Source: an uncultured bacterium
GTDB taxonomy: Bacteria > Krumholzibacteriota > Krumholzibacteriia > Krumholzibacteriales > Krumholzibacteriaceae
DNA: 64,000 nt
Direction: 5' to 3'
Assembly: GCA_963786935.1 (NCBI GenBank)
Contig: CAWBAN010000001.1
Coordinates: 480,001 to 544,000, forward strand
The position numbers and the translations under genes are program-made. Positions 58,114 to 64,000 of the stretch are shown here, piece by piece. The notes beneath the pieces are model-generated. The model was not told the origin of the DNA, did no database searches, and saw only the letters and a list, made by a program, of their open reading frames with translations. Each line of letters starts with the position of its first letter. The stretch's first letter is position 1.

Positions 58114-59753
58114 GTGTCCCTGTGGGGAAAAATTTTCGGGATCAACAAGAACCCCGAGTATGAGCTCGGGATCAAGCTCTACAACGAGGGCAAGTACGAG
58201 CTCGCCGTCGCCGAGCTCGAGAAGGCGATTCCGAAGGCGGGCAAGGCCGATCCGTTCTACGCGCTCGGGATGTTCTACGCCGCCGAGTCGCACGCCCACA
58301 TCGGCACGGCGAAGTATCTCGCGGGCGCTCCCGAAGAGGCGCTCGTCCATTTCCAGAAGGCGGTCGAGGAGAATCCGACCTATCCGGACGTGTTCTACCG
58401 GATGGGCGTGATCCATCACCGCCTCGGGCGTCTCGACGAGTCGGTCTCGAGCCTCCGCGCGGCGGTCGAGCTCAATCCGAACTACTTCGAGGCCATCTGC
58501 TATCTCGGGATCGTTCTCCACGAGAGGGGCGAGAAGGACGAGGCCGACGCCGTGTTCAAGCGGGCGCTCGCGATCGGCGCGGAAGGCCCCAATCCGATCA
58601 GCAAGTTCCTCAGCGAGCACCTCGCCGGGTGCGAGACGTGCATTCCCCCGCTCGCCTCGCTCAAGCAGCTCATGAGGAGCGACACCGAGTTCGACGACGC
58701 CGTCAACGAGGGGATCGAGGCGTACAACACGGGCAACTTCGAATCGGCCGCGCATTCGTTCGCGGCGGCGCTCGCGATCCATCCCGATTACGCCGATCTC
58801 CGGTTCAAGCTCGCGCTGGCGTTTCTCCGCACGGGAGATCACGGCGACGCGAAGCGGGAGCTCGAAGCGGCGCTCCGGATCAATCCGGAGTACATGGAAG
58901 CCTACTTCTACCTCGGTATCACGAACCTCGATCAGAAGCTCTACCGCGAGGCGATCGCGCACTTCGAGAAGGCCGCCTCCCTCAAGCCCGAGTACGCGGA
59001 TCTCCAGTGCTATCTCGGCGCGACCTATTTTTACCTCGGAGAGCTCGACCGGGCGCGCGCGGCGCTCGAGAAGTCGCTCGCCCTCTCGCCGGGATACGCG
59101 AAGGCCCGCTACTATTACGGGCTCCTGCTCTACGCGCTCAACGACCGCAAGCGCGCCATCGAATATCTCTCGGACGCGACGAAGCACGAGGAGCGCAAGA
59201 GCGCCGTCGATCTCAGCTTCGCCCTCGTGCACCTGCGCGAGGGAAATCTCGAGCAGGCGATGACCGTTCTCAAGGACATCCTCGACGCGGGGGGGAGAGC
59301 GCCGACGTGCTCTACTTCCTCGGCGAATGCTACCTCCGCACGGAGAGGCCGGCTGATGCCGAGCGGTTTTTCAGGCGCGCCCTCGAGATCAATCCCCGCT
59401 TCCTCCGGGCGAAGGAGAAACTCGCGCACATCATGATCGGCAAGGGCGACTACGAGGCGGCCGAGAAGATCCTCGATCAGCCGGGCGCCGGCTTCGCCGA
59501 TCTCATCAAGATTCTCGGGGACATCAAGTTTTACCGGGGAGACCTCGCCGCCGCGGAGCGGCTCTACCGCGAAAGCCTCGGCGTGAACGCGGAGTACAGC
59601 GAGGCGGGCCTCTCGCTCGCCCTGACCCTGCGGAACGAGGGGCGGGAAGAGGAGGCGGAAGCCCTCCTCAAGAAGATCATCGAGCACGATCCCGAGAACG
59701 TCATCGCGCGCAGTCTCTTCGGACGCGGGCCTCTCGACCTCGAGCCGCGCTGA
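58114..59753 (+). CDS. multi-TPR protein; frameshift at G7 59289-59295
   Basis: Repeated A...NP.Y.(D/E)....LG units continuing in a second frame. Confidence 0.85.
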
Positions 59754-59766
59754 GCCGGGGGTCGGT

Positions 59767-61368
59767 TTGCATCGAGCGCACCGGAACAATCCTCGCGAAA
59801 AGCTCCTCGAAAAAGAAACGATGCTCGAGCGATTCCCCGCTCCCGCCCGAGGCGCGCGGCGCATCGTCGCGGCCTACCCGGCGCCTTATCGTGTCGGCGT
59901 CTCGAACCTCGGATTCCATTTTCTGTACGATGGACTGCGTCGTTCATCTAAGATGCATATTGAAAGATTGTTATCAGATACATCTCCCGTAACGCTTGAA
60001 TCAGGATCCCATCCCGCGGCAAGCGCCGCGCTTCTGTTTTCAGTCTCCTATGAGGAGGATTACATCAATATCGCCCGGATGCTGCGCGAGGCGGATATCC
60101 ATCCCTTGCGCGAACGGCGGGACCGGGGGCCGCTCGTCGTGGTCGGCGGCGCGGCGGCGAGCGCCAATCCGGCGCCGCTCGTGGTGATCGCCGACGCGAT
60201 CGCCCTCGGCGAGGGGGAGGAGACGCTCGAGGGGATCGTCCGCGTCCTCGAGGAAGCCGAGCAGTACGAGGTCGCCCACCGGGAATCGAGGGAGCGGGGC
60301 GCGCTCCTCGACGCCCTTTCGAAAATACCCGGGATGCTCGTGCCCGGATATTCGCGGATGCCGGTGAGCTTCAACGAGCCCTCCTCGATCTCTCGATTCC
60401 CGCGGTCCGTCGTGGTCACTCCCGAGAGCGCATTCCCGGATACCATGCTCGTCGAGTCGGGGCGCGGATGCCCGGGCGTCTGCGGCTTCTGTCTCGCGAC
60501 GTCGCTCTACCGGCCGGCGCGGTTCATGCCGCTCGCCGCGTTCGCGGAGCTCGTCGATGGGCTCCACCCCGCGGTGAAAAAGATCGGGCTCGTCGGCACG
60601 GCCGTCGCCGCGAATCCGGACTTCGTCGCGATCGTGAGGCTCCTCGTCTCGAAAGGCATCGCCGTCTCGTTCAGCTCGCTCCGCGCCGAGGATCTCGACG
60701 ACGAGAAGATCGCGCTCATCGGGCGGATCGGCACGGCGAGCGCGAGCCTCGCCCCCGAGTCGGGGAGCGAGCGCGCCCGCTTCGCGCTCGGCAAGCGCGT
60801 GCCGGACGAGGTCTATTTCGCCGCCGCCGCCGGGCTCCGCGCTGCCGGCGTGAAGCATTTCACCCTTTACCTTCTCATCGGCGGACCGGGGGACGACGCC
60901 GGCGCGCTCGCCGAGACGGAGACGTTCGTGAAACGCTTCAAGGCGGCGATCGGCGGCCGGGGCTTCTCCGTGCACGTGAATCCGCTCGTCCCGAAGGCCT
61001 GGACGCCGCTCCAGTTTCGGGCGATGCCGCGGGAGCGCGAGCTCGAGGAGCGCCAGCGTACCGTCGAGAAGGCGCTCAGGAAGCTCGGCGTCGCCGTACA
61101 GGCGAAATCCGTCCGCTCGGCCCTCAGGCAGGCGCTCTTATCGACGGGGGACGAGCGGGTCGGCCGGGCGATCGTTCATCACGTCGAGGACGGGCTTTCG
61201 TGGAAACGCGCGCTTGAGGAGGCCGGCGTCAACATGGAATTTCCGCACGAAAAGAAGGGACCCGAGACCTCATTCCCGTGGGATGCGATCTCGGGTCCTG
61301 TGCGCCGCGGAACGCTCTTCAAACGCTTCGAGGCGATGGAGCGGGGCGGATCCGCGGGGTCCGCGTGA
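59767..61368 (+). CDS. radical SAM protein
   Basis: YP..Y.VGVSNLG N-terminus, RGCPGVCGFC (CxxxCxxC), SSLR, APESGSER, PKAWTP. Confidence 0.88.
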   Translation: MHRAHRNNPREKLLEKETMLERFPAPARGARRIVAAYPAPYRVGVSNLGFHFLYDGLRRSSKMHIERLLSDTSPVTLESGSHPAASAALLFSVSYEEDYINIARMLREADIHPLRERRDRGPLVVVGGAAASANPAPLVVIADAIALGEGEETLEGIVRVLEEAEQYEVAHRESRERGALLDALSKIPGMLVPGYSRMPVSFNEPSSISRFPRSVVVTPESAFPDTMLVESGRGCPGVCGFCLATSLYRPARFMPLAAFAELVDGLHPAVKKIGLVGTAVAANPDFVAIVRLLVSKGIAVSFSSLRAEDLDDEKIALIGRIGTASASLAPESGSERARFALGKRVPDEVYFAAAAGLRAAGVKHFTLYLLIGGPGDDAGALAETETFVKRFKAAIGGRGFSVHVNPLVPKAWTPLQFRAMPRERELEERQRTVEKALRKLGVAVQAKSVRSALRQALLSTGDERVGRAIVHHVEDGLSWKRALEEAGVNMEFPHEKKGPETSFPWDAISGPVRRGTLFKRFEAMERGGSAGSA

Positions 61369-61378
61369 GACGGCGCGA

Positions 61379-61567
61379 TCAGACCTTCTTGACGGCGCCG
61401 CCCTTGATGCAGCGCGTGCAGACGTACGCCCGCTGCGGCTCGCCCTTGATCTCGATGCGGATCTTTTGCAGGTTGGGAAGCCACCGGCGCTTGGACAGGT
61501 TGTGCGCATGGCTGATGCTGTGTCCGGAGCCCGGCTTTTTCCCGCATATGGCGCATTGCTTCGACAT
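61379..61567 (-). CDS. rpmB: 50S ribosomal protein L28 (four-Cys type)
   Basis: MSKQCAICGK..G..ISHAHN.SKRRW.PNLQ...VCTRC; SD AGGAGG. Confidence 0.96.
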   Translation of the reverse strand: MSKQCAICGKKPGSGHSISHAHNLSKRRWLPNLQKIRIEIKGEPQRAYVCTRCIKGGAVKKV

Positions 61568-61600
61568 CTGGTATCCTCCTGATAGCCGTAGAGTCCGTAC

Positions 61601-61629
61601 AATTTATAATAAAGCGAAGGGCTTGGCAA
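61601..61629 (-). promoter_or_regulatory. putative rpmB promoter
   Basis: Minus strand TTGCCA-17bp-TAAATT. Confidence 0.55.
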
Positions 61630-61636
61630 GCTAAAT

Positions 61637-63733
61637 ATGGACAGCAGGGATCGACGCGGAGGGCCGCTGCAGGACAGCAGCCAGTTCATCAAGGGGGTGG
61701 GACCGGCCCGGCAGGTGCTCCTCGAGCGCCTCGGCATCAAGACGGTCGAGGACCTCGTATCCCATTTTCCCCGGGCCTATTACGACCGGCGGGACCTCAT
61801 GCCGGTCGGGAAGCTCCCCTTCGGCGCCCCGACGACCTTCGTCGCCACGATTCTCGCCGTCTCGACGAGGCGGGCCCGCAAGGGCCGCCATATCTTCACC
61901 GTCGCCGTCGGCGACGAGACAGGGGTCGTGAGCCTCGTTTTCTTCAATCAGCCCTACCTCGAAAAATACTTCAAGCAGGGGGAGCGCGTCGTCGTGAGCG
62001 GCGAGATGGCCCTCTATCGCGATCAGCGGCAGATGATCTCCCCCGAGTACGAGATCATCGGGGGGGAGCTCTCGGAATCGCTCCTTCACGCGGGGAGGAT
62101 CGTCCCCGTCTATCCGCTCACCGCGGGCATCTCGCAGCGGATGATGCGGAAGATCGTGGCCGCCGCGTGCGAGAAATACGGCGGCTTCGTCGGCGAGAAT
62201 CTCTCCGACGCGCTCCGCGCGGCTTTCGACGTGCCGCCGCGGGCCGAGGCGATCCGCCAGATCCATTACCCCGACTCGTACGAGGCGCTCGAGCGAGCGC
62301 GCCGGCGGTTCAAGATCGAAGAGGTCTTTTTCCTGCACCTCCTCATCAAGGAGCGGCGCACGAGCCTCACGCGGAGGAAGCGGCGGCCGCCGGTCGAGGC
62401 GCCGCATCCGCTCCTCGATCGGTTCCTCGGAGGGCTCCCCTTCGCGCTCACCGGCGCGCAGCGGCGCGTGCTCGACGAGATCCGCGGCGACGTCGAGAAG
62501 GGGGGGCTCAACCGGCTCCTCCAGGGGGAGGTCGGCTCGGGGAAGACGGTCGTGGCCCTCGCCGCGACGATGCTCGCCCTCGGGAAGGGCTATCAGGCGG
62601 CCCTCATGGCGCCGACGGAGATCCTCGCGCTCCAGCACCACGAGCGCGCCCGCGCCCTGTGCGAGGGGCTCGACCTGCGCGTCGAGCTCCTCATCGGCTC
62701 GACGCCGCGGGCCGACAAGCAGCGCATCCAGGAGCAGGTGCGGTCCGGCGGCGTGGACCTCGTGATCGGGACGCACGCGCTCATCCAGGAGAGCATCTCG
62801 TTCAAGCAGCTCGGGCTCGCCGTCATCGACGAGCAGCACCGGTTCGGCGTGCGGCAGCGGGCGGTCTTCGGGCAGGGGGATCTCGTTCCGCATTTCCTCG
62901 TCATGACGGCGACGCCGATTCCGCGGAGCCTCGCCCAGACGGTCTACGGCGATCTCGATCTTTCGATCATCGACGAGCTTCCCGGCGGCAAGCGGTTCGT
63001 GCGGACGCTGATCGTCCCCGCCGACGGCCGCGAGGGCGTCTACGAGGAGATCCGCTCCGCGTTCAGGGCGGGGCGTCAGGCGTTCATCCTCTACCCGCTC
63101 GTGCAGGAGAGCGAGGGGAGCGATTTCCTCGCGGCCACGGAGGAGTTCGAGCGCCTCCAGCGCGAAGATTTCTCCGAGTTCCCCCTCGGCCTCCTCCACG
63201 GGCGCATGAGCTTCGAGGAGAAGGGGAAGGCGATCGCGCTCTTCAGGCGCGGCGAAATCCTCGGCCTCGTGACGACGACCGTCATCGAGGTCGGCGTCGA
63301 CATCCCGAACGCCTCGATTCTCCTCGTGAACAATCCGGAGCGGTTCGGGCTCGCGCAGCTCCACCAGCTCCGCGGACGCGTGGGCCGCGGCGGAAACGAA
63401 GGCGCGTGCTTCCTGCAGCTCAGCGGCGAGATCGGCGCCGCGGCCCGGGAGCGTCTCGCGTTCTTCGCCTCGCACGACGACGGCTTCGCGGTCGCCGAGG
63501 AGGACCTGCGGCTCCGGGGGCCCGGGGAGATCTGGGGGCACCGGCAGTCGGGGTACCCGCATTTCAGGCTCGTCAATCCGCTGAGCGATCACGACCTCGT
63601 GCAGCTCTCGTGGGAAGAGAGCGAGCGGCTCCTCGAACGGGATCCGGGGCTCACGCGGGCCGAGAACAGGGAGCTCGCGGCCTATTTCGAGCGATCGTAC
63701 AAACCGAGAATGGAGCTCGCCGATATCGGATGA
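61637..63733 (+). CDS. recG: ATP-dependent DNA helicase RecG
   Basis: KGVGP, QGEVGSGKT, DEQHRFG, TATPIPR, QLRGRVGRG, RGPGE. Confidence 0.97.
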   Translation: MDSRDRRGGPLQDSSQFIKGVGPARQVLLERLGIKTVEDLVSHFPRAYYDRRDLMPVGKLPFGAPTTFVATILAVSTRRARKGRHIFTVAVGDETGVVSLVFFNQPYLEKYFKQGERVVVSGEMALYRDQRQMISPEYEIIGGELSESLLHAGRIVPVYPLTAGISQRMMRKIVAAACEKYGGFVGENLSDALRAAFDVPPRAEAIRQIHYPDSYEALERARRRFKIEEVFFLHLLIKERRTSLTRRKRRPPVEAPHPLLDRFLGGLPFALTGAQRRVLDEIRGDVEKGGLNRLLQGEVGSGKTVVALAATMLALGKGYQAALMAPTEILALQHHERARALCEGLDLRVELLIGSTPRADKQRIQEQVRSGGVDLVIGTHALIQESISFKQLGLAVIDEQHRFGVRQRAVFGQGDLVPHFLVMTATPIPRSLAQTVYGDLDLSIIDELPGGKRFVRTLIVPADGREGVYEEIRSAFRAGRQAFILYPLVQESEGSDFLAATEEFERLQREDFSEFPLGLLHGRMSFEEKGKAIALFRRGEILGLVTTTVIEVGVDIPNASILLVNNPERFGLAQLHQLRGRVGRGGNEGACFLQLSGEIGAAARERLAFFASHDDGFAVAEEDLRLRGPGEIWGHRQSGYPHFRLVNPLSDHDLVQLSWEESERLLERDPGLTRAENRELAAYFERSYKPRMELADIG

Positions 63734-63803
63734 GCGGCGGCGCACCGGCGGGGTGCATGAGACCTCGCCGGGTCCGCCGCAACCGGGGCGAAGGAGGCGG
63801 TCG

Positions 63804-64000
63804 ATGATTTCGAGACGGGAAGCGCTCGACCTCGTGAACGCGAATCTCACGAAGAAGAATCTCGTCAAGCACACGCTCGCCGTCGAAGCGATCATGCGCG
63901 CGATGGCCAAGCGATTCGGCGAGAGCGAGGAGCTCTGGGGGCTCGCCGGCCTCCTGCACGATCTCGACTACGAGCGAACCGCGGACGATCCCGCGCGCCA
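63804..64000 (+). CDS. HD/HDIG domain metal-dependent phosphohydrolase (partial)
   Basis: Translated by hand: MISRREALDLV...VKHTLAVEAIM...WGLAGLLHDLDYE; SD AAGGAGG. Confidence 0.85.
   Translation, partial: MISRREALDLVNANLTKKNLVKHTLAVEAIMRAMAKRFGESEELWGLAGLLHDLDYERTADDPAR

Noticed and set aside
2125..63910. Many long antisense and alternate-frame ORFs (e.g. 5065-7977, 16557-19343, 61631-63910)
   Set aside because: Shadow ORFs expected at high GC3; no motifs, and they overlap well-supported genes
1328..64000. Selenoprotein UGA read-through suggested by selA
   Set aside because: I found no in-frame TGA at a conserved Cys position; gene breaks here are frameshifts, not stops
1..64000. Very frequent CTCGAG/TCGA words
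   Set aside because: Plausibly explained by CTC/GTC/ATC followed by GAG/GAC codon preference; not tested statistically

Overview
High-GC bacterial chromosomal segment, almost all coding on the + strand, with no mobile elements, CRISPR arrays or rRNA/tRNA genes seen. Gene content (T9SS-type C-terminal domain, DUF2723 proteins, PASTA-bearing FtsI, DAP-type MurE) suggests a diderm FCB-superphylum organism; this is inference only. Order: lipoprotein amidase (minus, partial), selA, a degenerate P-loop/TM/SPOR protein, smc, ftsY; FMN riboswitch with ribD-ribE-ribBA-ribH-nusB and a metallophosphoesterase; a ~27.5 kb glycosylation locus; the dcw cluster from mraZ to ftsZ with an inserted STAS-like gene; TPR and radical SAM genes, rpmB, recG and a partial HD protein. 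The glycosylation locus is the best candidate for an undescribed system. It encodes two tandem TMEM260/DUF2723-like GT-C+TPR proteins, a polyprenol-P-mannose synthase-like enzyme, two more GT-Cs, two flippase-like genes, a GT2 fused to an apparently dead phosphoglycosyl transferase, and a PorZ-like T9SS propeller protein. Several single-base frameshifts, including in essential mraY and murD, are most likely assembly errors.
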